From Nemertoderma westbladi (taxonomy: Eukaryota > Animalia > Xenacoelomorpha): a DNA stretch of 49,164 nt. Within the stretch, counting starts at the first letter, position 1. The number at the start of each line of letters is the position of its first letter. Where the stretch lies: the NCBI GenBank assembly GCA_032718475.1, contig JAUCBJ010005964.1:1-49164 (forward strand). Direction: 5' to 3'. Shown in pieces: positions 1-13,274 of this stretch. The position numbers and the translations under genes were made by a program. The notes beneath the pieces were generated by a model, which had not been told where the DNA came from, ran no database searches, and was given only the letters and a program-made list of their open reading frames with translations.

Positions 1-439
1 CCCCTATTTTGGAATTTGACAAAAAATTTTTTATTCTATCATGTGCCGAATTTAATGGAGATTTCAAATCTGCAAGCAGTTTTCTCATATCTTTTCTCAA
101 ACTCAAGTTATTAGCCAAAACGTAAGAGCTAGTCTGATTTTTGTAAAGCCTTCGAGCAGCACTATATTTTACAATTGTACGGGGCCCTTTTCATAAAAAA
201 GGCTCTCACGGTATAGATATGCATAAAATTGCTAAAACGTTGTTTTACTAGTTATCTGTTTAGCAAGCATGAAAAATTTCGTTGAATTTCATTCATTTTT
301 GACAAAGTTATTGACGAACTAGAAAATTGGTATTATCTAAAATAGCGGGAAGGTTTAAATTATTCCTTAAACTTTAAACACCCATATCTCAGAACGACGT
401 TTTTTCATGAAAAAGGCTATTTCTCCGCCAATTTTAACT

Positions 440-672
440 GAAATGAGTTGAAATTTGGTACAGTTGTTAAGATTACCCTTCTCCATACTTCTTCTTAACA
501 AATTTGGTTGGAAATGCCCCGGAGCCTTTTTATTTCAAAAAGGCCCAAAAAAGGCCCTTTTTTGGGGCCTTTTTGTTCTAAAAAGGCTCCAGAGCATTTG
601 AGGCAAAATTTGTTAAGAAGAATTGGATGCAGGGTTCTTCTGAACCTATAATCCAAATTTCAACAATTTTCA
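440..672. repeat. Imperfect long inverted repeat (MITE/foldback-like) centred near 560
   Basis: Left arm gttgaaatttgg...ttcttcttaacaaatttggttggaaatgccccggagcctttt matches the reverse complement of right arm aaaaggctccagagcatttgaggcaaaatttgttaagaagaa...ccaaatttcaac. Confidence 0.6.
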
Positions 673-890
673 ACAAATATTGGTGGTAGAAATAGCCCTT
701 GGCGCAAAAAGGCCTTTTGGCCATTACGGAGCCATTTTGGGGCCAATTTTAAAAATATTTGGTTTGGCTATTCTCAGACAGTCCAGACGTTGTTTAGTAG
801 CAGAAAAAATAATTTTCACCCAAGTTTATGGTCCAGAGACACAAAAATGTGAGGTTCAATTTGGGGGTGCTACCCCCCCCCCCCCCCCCC

Positions 891-1900
891 TTACTCTCTT
901 ATTCCCCCCTTATTCCACTCTTGTTGAATAGGTTGGGGAAGAATTTCATCCCAAGAGATCTTATTTATCCACATGGATTTTATGATATTCATGCCTACCA
1001 GAAGTACAGGTGCTAGGAAATGTATTGGATCAAAAACAGAATTTCGTATGGACAGGCATCCGCCGCGCTTAGTGCAAGGTTTTCCTTTAGGCACATATTT
1101 AAAATATAAACTATCCTTCTGGAGGTCCCATTGAATCCCTAATGCTTTATGATCTGCAGTTTCCCCAAACATTTCTTCTCTTGTGAGTTTAATATCGTCA
1201 GGAAGATTAGACATCACCGTTTTATTATTTGATCTAAACTTCACTAAGTTGAAACCCCCTCGTTTGAGAAGAGCCTTTAGGTCTAGGGCTAAACGAATTG
1301 CTTCTTCAGGAGTATCTGTACTTATCATTCCATCATCTACATAGAAGCATCGTTTGACTGTTTCCTCAGTTATGGGATCAAAATTCTTTCCAAACTTTGT
1401 TGCTGTCCTCTTCAAGGCATCACTACAGACTACTGGTGAATCCCTGGCTCCAAATATATGCACTAACATGCGAATAATTACAATATCGTTTGGAGAAAGA
1501 TTTTCTATTTCTTCAATGGTTAGGTTTAGGTCACACCAGAGTATCCTAAGGCTATCAGAGTCTTTCTTGGTTGTGCGAACTTGATGAAACATTGCTTTAA
1601 TGTCACATGTCATTCCAACTTGTCCTTCCCGAAATCTAAAGAGTACACCAACCAATGAACTATATATATTTGGACCAGTATATAGCTGTGTATTTAGGGA
1701 TTCCCCTTTATATGTTGCTGATGCATCATTCACAACACGAATCTTTCCCTTTTTTCTGGGTTCAAGCACATAATGCGTTGGAAGGTAATATGTACGCTTT
1801 CCTTGACCCAACTCATCTTCTGGTATTCGAGATGCAATTCCATCTTCTAAATAGCCCTGAATGATTTCGCTATATCTCTTCTTTATTTCTGGTTTACCAT
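891..1900 (-). pseudogene. BEL/Pao LTR retrotransposon reverse transcriptase, truncated at the start of the Pao peptidase A17/RNase H region
   Basis: Motifs YYLPTHYV, KIRVVNDASA, SLN..LYTGPN, DIKAMFHQV, HIFGARDSP, FYVDDG, KALGIQWD, FDPIHFLAP and ISWDE are typical of BEL/Pao pol; frameshift from the protease ORF near 1885-1900. Confidence 0.93.
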
Positions 1901-2948
1901 GAAGTCGGTAGATTTAAGGCGACTAAATGCCATAGAGAAGTTGTTATCCATTATTTTGGCTGGGTTTCTCCAGAGCATTGGTGATACCCAGTGCCCATCT
2001 ATGAATTCAGATTTATCTAACATCTCAATACATTTTAGATCCTCCTCGGAATGCGCTTTATTGTGATCATCAAGTTCGTGAGACTCCTGATTGAAGTACT
2101 TCGTCATAGCCCTCTGTGTTCTCTCTGACTCAAGTACAAGTTCATGGTCATCTCCATTGATCTCACAGAACTTCACTCCAGGATGAACGCCATCGCTTGG
2201 TTGAATCTCCAGCTTTCTTATGTCAACTCCAGTGATATTCCAATTGCTATTCTTACAGATAATACTCTTTTGGACATGGTTAATCCTGATCTCAAACAAT
2301 TCATTATGGTTGATTGTATCAACGGATTCATTTTTGACACCACTGAGAGTCCAGCCTAATAATGTTTTTTCTGCATAAGGTTGTGTATTGATGTCCTGTG
2401 GACGTGCTACTTCACCAATAGGTATATGTAATGCAGGTACATCATGTCCAATAAGAAGATTCACAGTATCTATATCTAGTTCTGGGTAGCTTAGGTCCAC
2501 ATCAGTTCGTTCCCACTGAAAATCATATTCAGGATAATAGTCAGCTGGTCGTTTATACTTGATGTTCAAATTTGGGAAAATCAGTGCTGATTCAATTTTT
2601 ACATTCACATTTTCATATCCTTTCATAATACCTTCTATTGTGAATGAAACTTCACCTGACTCAATCATACCATTTCGATCAGTCACTGTACTAAAGGAAA
2701 CCTTCTTTGCTTCATAATCTAAATTTAACCATCTGCTCAAATCTGCATCGATCAAAGAGCAATCCGACCCATTATCCAAAAAAGTTGTAATTGATCTCCC
2801 ATTTTGGGATTTTATTCTAACTGGAATGATCTTTGAAAACACAGTCTTACGGCGCATTATAGAGTTCGTAGATACTTCCTGAAATCCTGATAGATTTTCT
2901 GTAACTATCGTAGCCAACAACTTATTGTTAGTTGGGGTAGTTATAACT
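1883..2948 (-). pseudogene. BEL/Pao aspartic protease region of pol
   Basis: FLDNGSDCSLI (DxGS active site), LLIGHD, AEKTLLGWTLSG, and downstream G.W.SPMLW..NFSMAFSRL. Confidence 0.88.
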
Positions 2949-5189
2949 CTGATAGATTTTCTGTAACTATCGTAGCCAACAACTTATTGTTAGTTGGGGT
3001 AGTTATAACTCTGATAGATTTTCTGTAACTATCGTAGCCAACAACTTATTGTTAGTTGGGGTAGTTATAACTCTGATAGATTTTCTGTAACTATCGTAGC
3101 CAACAACTTATTGTTAGTTGGGGTAGTTATAACTCTGATAGATTTTCTGTAACTATCGTAGCCAACAACTTATTGTTAGTTGGGGTAGTTATAACTCTGA
3201 TAGATTTTCTTTAACTATCGTAGCCAACAACTTATTGTTAGTTGGGGTAGTTATAACTCTGATAGATTTTCTGTAACTATCGTAGCCAACAACTTATTGT
3301 TAGTTGGGGTAGTTATAACTCTGATAGATTTTCTGTAACTATCGTAGCCAACAACTTATTGTTAGTTGGGGTAGTTATAACTCTGATAGATTTTCTGTAA
3401 CTATCGTAGCCAACAACTTATTGTTAGTTGGGGTAGTTATAACTCTGATAGATTTTCTGTAACTATCGTAGCCAACAACTTATTGTTAGTTGGGGTAGTT
3501 ATAACTCTGATAGATTTTCTGTAACTATCGTAGCCAACAACTTATTGTTAGTTGGGGTAGTTATAACTCTGATAGATTTTCTGTAACTATCGTAGCCAAC
3601 AACTTATTGTTAGTTGGGGTAGTTATAACTCTGATAGATTTTCTTTAACTATCGTAGCCAACAACTTATTGTTAGTTGGGGTAGTTATAACTCTGATAGA
3701 TTTTCTTTAACTATCGTAGCCAACAACTTATTGTTAGTTGGGGTAGTTATAACTCTGATAGATTTTCTGTAACTATCGTAGCCAACAACTTATTGTTAGT
3801 TGGGGTAGTTATAACTCTGATAGATTTTCTGTAACTATCGTAGCCAACAACTTATTGTTAGTTGGGGTAGTTATAACTCTGATAGATTTTCTTTAACTAT
3901 CGTAGACCAACAACTTATTGTTAGTTGGGGTAGTTATAACTCTGATAGATTTTCTTTAACTATCGTAGCCAACAACTTTTTGTTAGTTGGGGTAGTTATA
4001 ACTCTGATAGATTTTCTGTAACTATCGTAGCCAACAACTTATTGTTAGTTGGGGTAGTTATAACTCTGATAGATTTTCTGTAACTATCGTAGCCAACAAC
4101 TTATTGTTAGTTGGGGTAGTTATAACTCTGATAGATTTTCTGTAACTATCGTAGCCAACAACTTATTGTTAGTTGGGGTAGTTATAACTCTGATAGATTT
4201 TCTGTAACTATCGTAGCCAACAACTTATTGTTAGTTGGGGTAGTTATAACTCTGATAGATTTTCTGTAACTATCGTAGCCAACAACTTATTGTTAGTTGG
4301 GGTAGTTATAACTCTGATAGATTTTCTGTAACTATCGTAGCCAACAACTTATTGTTAGTTGGGGTAGTTATAACTCTGATAGATTTTCTTTAACTATCGT
4401 AGCCAACAACTTATTGTTAGTTGGGGTAGTTATAACTCTGATAGATTTTCTGTAACTATCGTAGCCAACAACTTATTGTTAGTTGGGGTAGTTATAACTC
4501 TGATAGATTTTCTGTAACTATCGTAGCCAACAACTTATTGTTAGTTGGGGTAGTTATAACTCTGATAGATTTTCTGTAACTATCGTAGCCAACAACTTAT
4601 TGTTAGTTGGGGTAGTTATAACTCTGATAGATTTTCTGTAACTATCGTAGCCAACAACTTATTGTTAGTTGGGGTAGTTATAACTCTGATAGATTTTCTG
4701 TAACTATCGTAGCCAACAACTTATTGTTAGTTGGGGTAGTTATAACTCTGATAGATTTTCTGTAACTATCGTAGCCAACAACTTATTGTTAGTTGGGGTA
4801 GTTATAACTCTGATAGATTTTCTTTAACTATCGTAGCCAACAACTTGTTGTTAGTTGGGGTAGTTATAACTCTGATAGATTTTCTTTAACTATCGTAGCC
4901 AACAACTTATTGTTAGTTGGGGTAGTTATAACTCTGATAGATTTTCTTTAACTATCGTAGCCAACAACTTATTGTTAGTTGGGGTAGTTATAACTCTGAT
5001 AGATTTTCTTTAACTATCGTAGCCAACAACTTATTGTTAGTTGGGGTAGTTATAACTCTGATAAATTTTCTTTAACTATCGTAGCCAACAACTTATTGTT
5101 AGTTGGGGTAGTTATAACTCTGATAGATTTTCTGTAACTATCGTAGCCAACAACTTATTGTTAGTTGGGGTAGTTATAACTCTGATAGA
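2887..5189. repeat. 62-bp tandem satellite, 37 near-identical copies, amplified from BEL gag/pol sequence
   Basis: Unit ctgatagattttctgtaactatcgtagccaacaacttattgttagttggggtagttataact; main variant G/T (ctgtaa/ctttaa); one 1-bp insertion near 3906. Confidence 0.98.
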
Positions 5190-5480
5190 CAGGATCTGGC
5201 AGACAGGATGACTACTCCTGTGGTAGGCTAATCCTGTAATCTGACAGTTGGTTAGGTAGGCCTGTCATGTGAGGCCCGGTAGGCCCGGCATACTGGGGAA
5301 TCTTGGACATCTGGACATGACATTTACGATTTACTGCGTTTTGAAATCTGGTATATGACTTACCATAGGGAATGGCTAAAGTTGTGCCTAAACCTGTAAA
5401 CTACGGTAATTAGATAAAGATATTACGATACAATCCCCATTTGTTTCAACAACCTTCTCACCTTCATTTGGTCTTTTTGT

Positions 5481-6270
5481 ATGGATAATAAGAGAAACCT
5501 TAGCGAGGTATCTAAGGCATCAACTTCGTCTTCCTCCGTTCACTCACCAGCCCCAAAACGGTTTGGTGCTGGCCCAATGTCTTCATCCAGCCCCGCGCAC
5601 TTGGCTCCAACTGAGATGGTCAATCCACCTGACTTGGAGGACATGTTTCACAGTACACAGGGGCCGGAGGACGGTGTTCCTGCCTTTAATCCGGGTAATA
5701 CCGGTACCTCTGATATATCTAGTACCGGGTATCATCGAAGCTAGCCTGGATAAATTCGGTCGGGAATTATCGAACTTTCTGCAAAGGAAATTTGAAGAGA
5801 TGACAAAGGATTTTTTGTCTTCCTTCGACCCCGCAAACTTTACTGAAGAGGTACGGAGTGCTTGTGCTAAGAACTCAACTTCCATTTCTAACGTAGCTCT
5901 TCGTGTTGATAACGATGCTCAACACGCGCCCCGAGTATCGCTTGTTCTATCCAGTCCCCTTGTTCTCTCTGCGAATAGCGGTAATAAGGCTACTCCTAGT
6001 ACTGGTAGGCATACAGGATTACTGGATGTCTGGCCCAAGTTTGTAACGGAGCTGGCTAACGATAGGTGTGGATTACATTCATTCGACCCAGCTACTATAT
6101 CTCGGTCCCACCCGTCGCGTAACAATAAACAGGTTATTGTGAAATTTACCTCTTATTACGCGCGCGAATCTCTATTTAAATCATGGTTTAAGTTGAAAAC
6201 CAGCGTACGTTCCGACCAGGTTTATATCAACGAGTTGCTAACACCATATCGTGGCGCCATACTTTATGGG
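5481..6270 (+). pseudogene. Non-LTR retrotransposon ORF1-like protein (RRM/CTD type), frameshifted and 3'-truncated
   Basis: MDNKR... Ser/Pro-rich N-terminus, frameshift near 5720-5745, then ISRSHP..VIVKFTSYYARESLFKSWFKLK..VYINELLTPYR, matching the HR..IVKF..R..LK..VYINEDLT pattern of LINE ORF1p. Confidence 0.75.
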
Positions 6271-8392
6271 AGTATATAACCAATGAAGTCTGTCAGTTCA
6301 GTGTCTTCGTTACCAACAGAGTAGCCATTATTCTTAGTCGCACGAAGATAGATCAATGGAGACATTGCCCTGGTACGATTAATCCAGCCGACATTGCCTC
6401 CAGGGGAGCAACTCCACAGGAACTGATAGATACTCCAGATTGGTTGGGTGGACCCGACTTCCTGAGCAAGGAAGAGGATGAATGGCCTCCTCACCTTACT
6501 ACGGCAGAGATTAGACAAGCCAAGGGAGCGGAGAAAGTCAAACCTAAAACCCGGGCGAGTAATCGAAGTTATTTAAACCTGCGATAGATCTGTCTGTACT
6601 ACATACTTCCGGAGATGACGCTTTGGATCCGAAAACCCCAGCCAAAAATAAGTCTGTTGTGGAAATAAGAGAGAGGGATTGGAAATCTGGAATACCAGAT
6701 GTCTCACAAGGACTCTCATCCCTGCTGCAGAGAGCGATACATCACTATAGCTCCTGGAATCGGCTCTGTAAGGCCGTTACATATTTAAAGCGATGTTTTC
6801 ATCATCATTACTCCAGGACGAGGACCACTAGTGATACCGCTCCACTGACATCTGCACAAGTTCATGTTGTTAAAGATCTTCCCAAATACAAGATATCCGA
6901 CAGGTTTCTGAAGGAGAAGATCAGTTACCTGGAGCATGAGGAAACCAATAAGCAGATACTGAGACTCCTGCAATGCTATGAGGATTCCGATAAGTATTTC
7001 CTGTTGTTGAGAAATCCACAGATGCACTTAAGGGATCGTTTCTCTAGCACAATGATAGAGCACAGTGATGGGTTGATACGTGTTGGAGGAAGACTCACTA
7101 ATGCTCCATTATCCTTTGACACTAAATTCCCCATACTCATTAGAAATCTTGAAATACAAATCAAGATGATTGTAGATGTTCACAGTAAACTTTATCATGT
7201 TGGTAGAGAACGAGTTCTTAGCGAAATCCGAACTCGCTATTATTTTTATAAACCCCGTAGAGCTCTGAACCAAGTTCTTAGGAACTGCATACCCTGTAGG
7301 AAAGCATTCAGTAGGCCTTTAACACAGCGAGAGGCAGAATTACCTAGGGAACGAGTAAGCTTCTATGAACCACCCTTTACTAATACCGGTGTGGATTTAT
7401 TTGGCCCTATTGAAGTATATCGTGCCAGGACTATAGTCAAGAGATGGTGTGTCATCTTTGTCTGCATGACTTGTAGAGCTATCCATCTCGATATGGTGAA
7501 CGATCTATCTACCAACAGCTTCGTATTAAGTTTACGCCGACAGATCGCTCGCTTCGGAACTAGTAACACGATGAGATCTGATAAGGGAACGAACTTCATT
7601 GGTGCCAACAACGAAATTCAGGCTTACGTAAAGGATTGGAACCAAAGACAGGTGGATGATCAGCTAAGGATAACAGCGTCTAGCTGGACCTTCAACGCCG
7701 CCGACGCCCCTTAATGGGGAGGAAGTTGGGAGAGATTAATAAGAAGTGTAAAGACCGCATTTCACTTTATAGTGCCGTGCCGCGCGAATCTCACCGACAA
7801 ACTTTTGCGGACGCTAATGGAGGAAATCGCCGCCTATCTCAACGAGAGACCGCTTATGCCAGTCTCATCGAGTCCCGATTCCCTGGAAGCGCTAACACCC
7901 GCGCACTTCCTACTGAAGAAACCTATAGCCATGCTCCCACGATCGGAGATCACCGACGGAGACGAATACTGCTGGCAAACTTGGCAACTTATGCAGTTGC
8001 TATCCCGTCGTTTCGCTGACCATTTTGAAAAACATTATCTGCCCACGCTACAACTTCGAACTAAGTGGTTTGCGCAGCAAGAAAACGTCAGCGCCAGAGA
8101 CATGGTGCTTATTGTGGATTCCGACCTTCCACGTAAGCGGTGGCAGACAGGTCGTATCATCGAGACTCACATCTCGGATGATGGTTTGGTGCGCTCGGTA
8201 GAACTTGTTGTCATGCGGCGTAACTTTAAGAAACCGGGCATAATCTTCGTGACGCAACAGCTCAACCGCCCAGTTGGTCGTTTATGTTTACTGGAAAGAG
8301 ACCGAGAACTCTCCGGAAACTATGGAAGGCAAGATACTCTTCCCACGAGCACCTCCCTAATTCCTCAAACATCTAGGGGCTCCCCAACATAA
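6271..8392 (+). pseudogene. BEL/Pao pol 3' half: RNase H C-terminus, HHCC zinc finger, DDE integrase and DUF5641-like tail
   Basis: Manual translation from 6274 gives FVTNRVAII..QWRHCPGTINPADIASRG..WLGGPDFL..WP; then RVGGRL, H..YHVG..CIPC, GVDLFGP, SDKGTNF, in-frame stop in AP*WGGSWERLIRSVK, LNERPL, LTPAHFL, YLPTLQLRTKW, DGLVRSV. Confidence 0.93.
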
Positions 8393-8410
8393 ACACGTCT
8401 GGAGTGGGTG

Positions 8411-8820
8411 TGTGACTATATTGTTTTATATACTTTTATTTCTTTTATATCTCTATGTATGTATTATTATGTACTTTTATTATAATCGTTTTATTTAATT
8501 TTATTTAGTAGAATGTTATTTAGAGATTATTTAGTAGATTAGTGCAATATATTAGTGTTTATTATTTAATTACTTATATATTATATATTTAGTGCGACGG
8601 CGAGAAATAATTCTTTTTTCTCTTTCCTTACTGTCCGTATTATATTATAAATGCGAGACTACAGTAAGATGAAATGTCCGTACTTATTAAAGTACAATAA
8701 AGCTCCTACTATATTTAAGTATTATTGGTAGGCAGAGTATTAGGAATGCAAAGTTCAGATCCTCATGTGTCGGCTAAACCAAGCTCTGGGTAGACCTTGG
8801 AAACAACTTGCCTCTTCACA
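8411..8820 (+). mobile_element. Probable 3' LTR of the BEL element (right end uncertain)
   Basis: Purine-rich ggagtgggtg just after the pol stop, followed by TGT; AT-rich body with AATAAA near 8696; a candidate ACA end at 8820; no second LTR in the window to confirm. Confidence 0.45.
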
Positions 8821-8943
8821 CTGACATTGCTTTGTGCGATATTGCTCTTCTACCTTATATTAAATAATACATATAGTAGCGTGATGTCCCTCTAACAGTA
8901 GCTTAAAACGCAAATAAATCTGTTAAACCTTTTGACCATCTGT

Positions 8944-9215
8944 AATTCTAGTCGATTAAGATATCGTGGCACCCACCGATATACTTGAAAGACAAATTCT
9001 AGAATCAGTGGTTAACGTCCCCAGACAAGTTCTGGAATAAATTGGTGCCCATCTTAAATATTAATTTAATATTTATTAAAATCTGTAAAATTCAGATCCT
9101 TTAAAATTCTAGTCAATTAAGATATCGTAGCACTTACCGATACTCTTAAAGAGACAAACTCCCTAGAATTAAGGATCCCAGTCCCCAGACATGCTCTGGA
9201 ATAAAATTGTGTCAA
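8944..9215. repeat. Diverged two-copy tandem duplication (period about 160 bp)
   Basis: aattctagtc(g/a)attaagatatcgt..accgata..gacaaa..tagaat..gtccccagaca..tctggaataaa occurs at about 8944 and about 9105. Confidence 0.75.
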
Positions 9216-12200
9216 CTTTACCATCAAATAATAAAATTTACGGGAATAAATTTAGATTCATATCTTTTAATGAATTTAATAAATTGTCATTTTATGCAAT
9301 TTATAACATTCCCAAAATTCCATTAATTAATAGATCACGGGAGCGGAGATTCACCCTATTGAGTGTATTAGAGTACGAGAATCCCCAATATATAGTCAAT
9401 AGCCGATAAAATTCATAAAATCATGTATAAAGAGGATATTGACAATTAAAGAATTACTATTAAATAGCATCCCAGATCTGTATGCATGGGAATTACCCTA
9501 ATTCTACCGCTAGCTTTCCATAATGTCACCATAGCAACACCCACGCTAGAATTAGAAGCAAGTTAAAAAAGAACAATAGAAAGCTTGCCCCATTGCATAG
9601 CATAAGGAATAAATAGCACACTGCTAGTATCCAGGGATACATAATAATAACGTGGCATTCTGGAAGGCACTGACTAACGGCTCTCGGGGCAAATACCACA
9701 CCCTGGTTTGCCATTCCACAGGGTGGGTGTCGCAATGGAGTAAGATATGAGCCCCATCACCCATATCTACCAGGTAATCTCCAGGTAAAGACCCCTAGAT
9801 CCCTTCCTATAATAAATGTATAATAACAAACACCTCGAAAAATACAGCTTGCCAACACATTGTTACTATCATATCTACTCTGGCGCACATGACCCACCAT
9901 TGGCTGTTGCAGCTCATCTGCTGGGTCATGCCCTGTACCCTTGCTGCCAGGTGCAGGTCGCAGTGAAGTGCTCTCAGAGTGGACATGAGAACACTCTACT
10001 CCTGACCAGCCATTGGTAGATCACCATCTGCCTGGTCAGGCCATATACCCCTGCAGCCAAGTATATGGGTCCTTAATCCAGGACCAAGGGCGTCCTTATC
10101 CCAGAACGAAGGGGGTCCTAGTTACAGGACCAGATTTGCCCTAGTAAAAGGGGTCTATGCAGCTACAGGTGGCACCTCCTTTATGCTGCATGGAGGTGGC
10201 AAGTTTTCTTGATCAATGACCTAGAATACCTGACCAATGCAACAAATGGCCCGAGTGTGTGCAGTTTGTGACAGTTGTGTGTGTGGAATTTGTGCGTTTA
10301 TAGGTGAATGTCACTACTAAAGTGTGTTTACAGTAGCGAGTCGCAATTGTGAAAGTAACCCTAACTCTGCAGTAAAACCTGAAGTGAATCTAAGCCCTTG
10401 GGACGGACAGTGGAGTGACTTGTGCCGGTTATCGTTGTTGTCGTTGTGTAGCTACACGTTGGCGAAAACACAGTGACGACGGTACATCGGCGCTGAGAAT
10501 CTCACACTGTCCGGGGGCAGAGCGGGGTAGGCAGCGACGCCCGCTCGCCTAAATGTAAACTTATTATAATATTAATAAACTCATATAGCAGATATGGCGG
10601 AGTTGATAGAAGATGATCTTGGTATCAGGGAGCGATATACTCTACCTTTACAAGCGTTTGTGATAGCTTGATACGCGGCGACGCTAGTCCAACTACTACG
10701 GAGGACGATGGTCGTTATATCAAACCGCCGATTTCATAGGAGCAACTTACGCGTGAATTGGACTATAGTAAATTCACCGCTCGCTACACGCATCGTAATG
10801 GTACGTATATGGACTTCTTAACTACTGGCCATTCTATCGATTTACACGATACGGACTATGTCAACACCGAAAGGGAAATGGTACTATTTAAATATCCTAC
10901 CCAGCGGAGTCGGAACGATAAACTGAAATTCGAATGCGAAAATTCTATTTGAAATTGACTCAAAAGAAAAGACGGTAAAGAAGCGGATAAACGCGGTAAC
11001 TCCAACGTATATTTGGAATTCTTGAGAGAAGCATTGTAACACCAAATAAATATCACCCGTTTCCCCTACAAGACGTGCGTCTTTGGTATTATTACAATGA
11101 ATGCCCAAGACCCAACCAACAAACGGAAAGACATAAACACCAGCGGAGACGTTGCTTTAAACACGGTTTACTCGCTATATTTACGGGAATTTCGAGCAAA
11201 ACTTATTCGATGTATCACCTACGCTCTCTCGACTCAAACGATCCTTAAGTAAACCTATGATCAGAGTTCCGGAATACTCGGTCAGACCTCCTCATTCCTT
11301 AGTTAGATTTCAGACTCTTGATCCTAATAGTATCACGGATCCTCACGAACTGTACTCACCGTTCAGAGATCTAGTGTTACCCGAACCGTTAGTCGGTGGC
11401 ACTCCGGTTGTGGGCTCCCTCAATATCCGCCCATTTTACCTGGCCGGATTGGGGCGCGGACACCTAATATCGCCATTCAACCGTATAATCGTCCCCGTTT
11501 AACATGATACAACCCGTCATCAAGGTGGAGGAGAGCGTTGTACGAAACGAGTTAGACGCTATTCTACAAAGATCAGAAAAGAAACCTACGTTTGTTCAGA
11601 TAAACTTAAATTGTAACAGCAAGTCCAAGCGGTAAACGGATTGGCTTCATCTCAGTTCGATTGGGAAATCCAGAATCTCTAATGATGATATCGAACTTGG
11701 ACGACCCTATTCTTTGCGAGAGTTTTTGGACGAACGTATCCAACGACGAGCGGAGGAAAATCAGCTCGAGGAGAAGCATATCGAAACGGCGGATACCCCG
11801 ACCATAATCCTACACCTTCTGATGCAATCATATTGCACCCTTCACCCAGGAGTTATAGCCCTCCTAGTAAAGTGGCTCGCCCCAAAGAGAAAAGGACTCT
11901 TGCTAGCTTTCAAAAACTGCGTAAACGCCGTCCACGCAAGAAAGACTAACTGTTTAGAGTATTTTTATATTTTAGAAACTGTGATTTTTTATACTTTATA
12001 GAATTAAATCCCATTTTCTGGGAGCGGTGTAAAGGCTTTTGTGGGATATAACTGGCCCTTTTGCTTCGCAATCCAGTTTCCCCCAAGGAGCTCAAATACT
12101 CTAAAAAACTCCCTAACTCAAATGATGCAAGCTACCGGCTGATTGGCTGATTTGCTGTACGTAGGGCTTCTTTGTTCGGTTCGATCAACCAACCAGAGCA

Positions 12201-13191
12201 ACGATCAACCAAGCAGGGTGATTCATCCTGTGTGTTGGCTAAGGGCTGCAAAAACCCGAATAGTTCGGCATTTAGACATTTGTGGAATCTATGGAATATG
12301 GAGCTCCGCCAATGAGAGCTGTTTCTCTTTGTGCTGAAAGATACCTGCAACGGCCCACAGGGATCAGTGTGTGTTGGTTTTTCCTATGCCAGAACATCGG
12401 CTTTGGAATCATTCTGTTTTCAGACTTTAGCCGAACATTAGTAGGCTTTGATTATAGAAACGTATAACTGTTATCATAACTCATATCAGTGTGTGTTGTA
12501 TCACAAACACCGCATTATTTTACTGCTATTTACTGTTGGTTATTAATTGTATCAGTTGATTGAATATTGTCATTTGGAGAATACCGATAAATGATCATAA
12601 AACCCCAATCTTCTTGATACACTAAAGGTTAGAGAGACCGGTTACATATAGCAATTGCGACTTACATTATTGTGGTTTGAAGTGAATCTAATGCTATTTC
12701 ATAGATACTACATGAGTCAATTGCCGTTCTCTTTATGTATGAGCAAATTCAGTGACTGTCGGCAGATCAGTGTGCAGTTGTGCGGTACCGGTAGTGTGCA
12801 AGAGTGACTGATAACCAAGCATCTCCTAAAGAATGCGCCTTATACGTGAATCATAAGCCGTACAGTTGTGTTTAGTATAAGTCATAACTCTGTTTACATA
12901 TTTAGAGCGCCACGTCCTAAAGGAACTGTTAATATTTCCCGAAAGTGAATAATATTTGTCAGAGATTATATATTAACGATCAATCGAATAATACAGTAGG
13001 CTTACACCGCAATAAGGTCAGAGCATCCGAATCCAGTCTCCCGGGTATATCCAGCGGGAGAATGATCGCGCATCGGCTGGCTTCGGCTAATGTAGTGCAT
13101 CAAATACTTGTCATAGGCTAAAGTCGATTTACAAACTAAAAGACATATAAATTAGCGGGTTAAACTGCTAAAGGTCTTAAAAGCGCGAACA

Positions 13192-13274
13192 ATGCTTATT
13201 CACTCCATGAGGCTGCCAAAGTACAAGATTATGCACTGGCTGGTCCTCACAGCGAAAGCAATGTCCTGCAAAGC
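13192..13274 (-). mobile_element. 83-bp internal fragment of the same RTE-like LINE as 33459-34617
   Basis: Reverse complement matches 34352-34434 (FAGHCFR.EDQPVHNLVLWQPHGVNKH) with a single mismatch. Confidence 0.93.

Noticed and set aside
12132-12420. Possible Gypsy integrase remnant (HTDPCGP, LVDRCSGW)
   Set aside because: Motif spacing is wrong and there are no supporting domains
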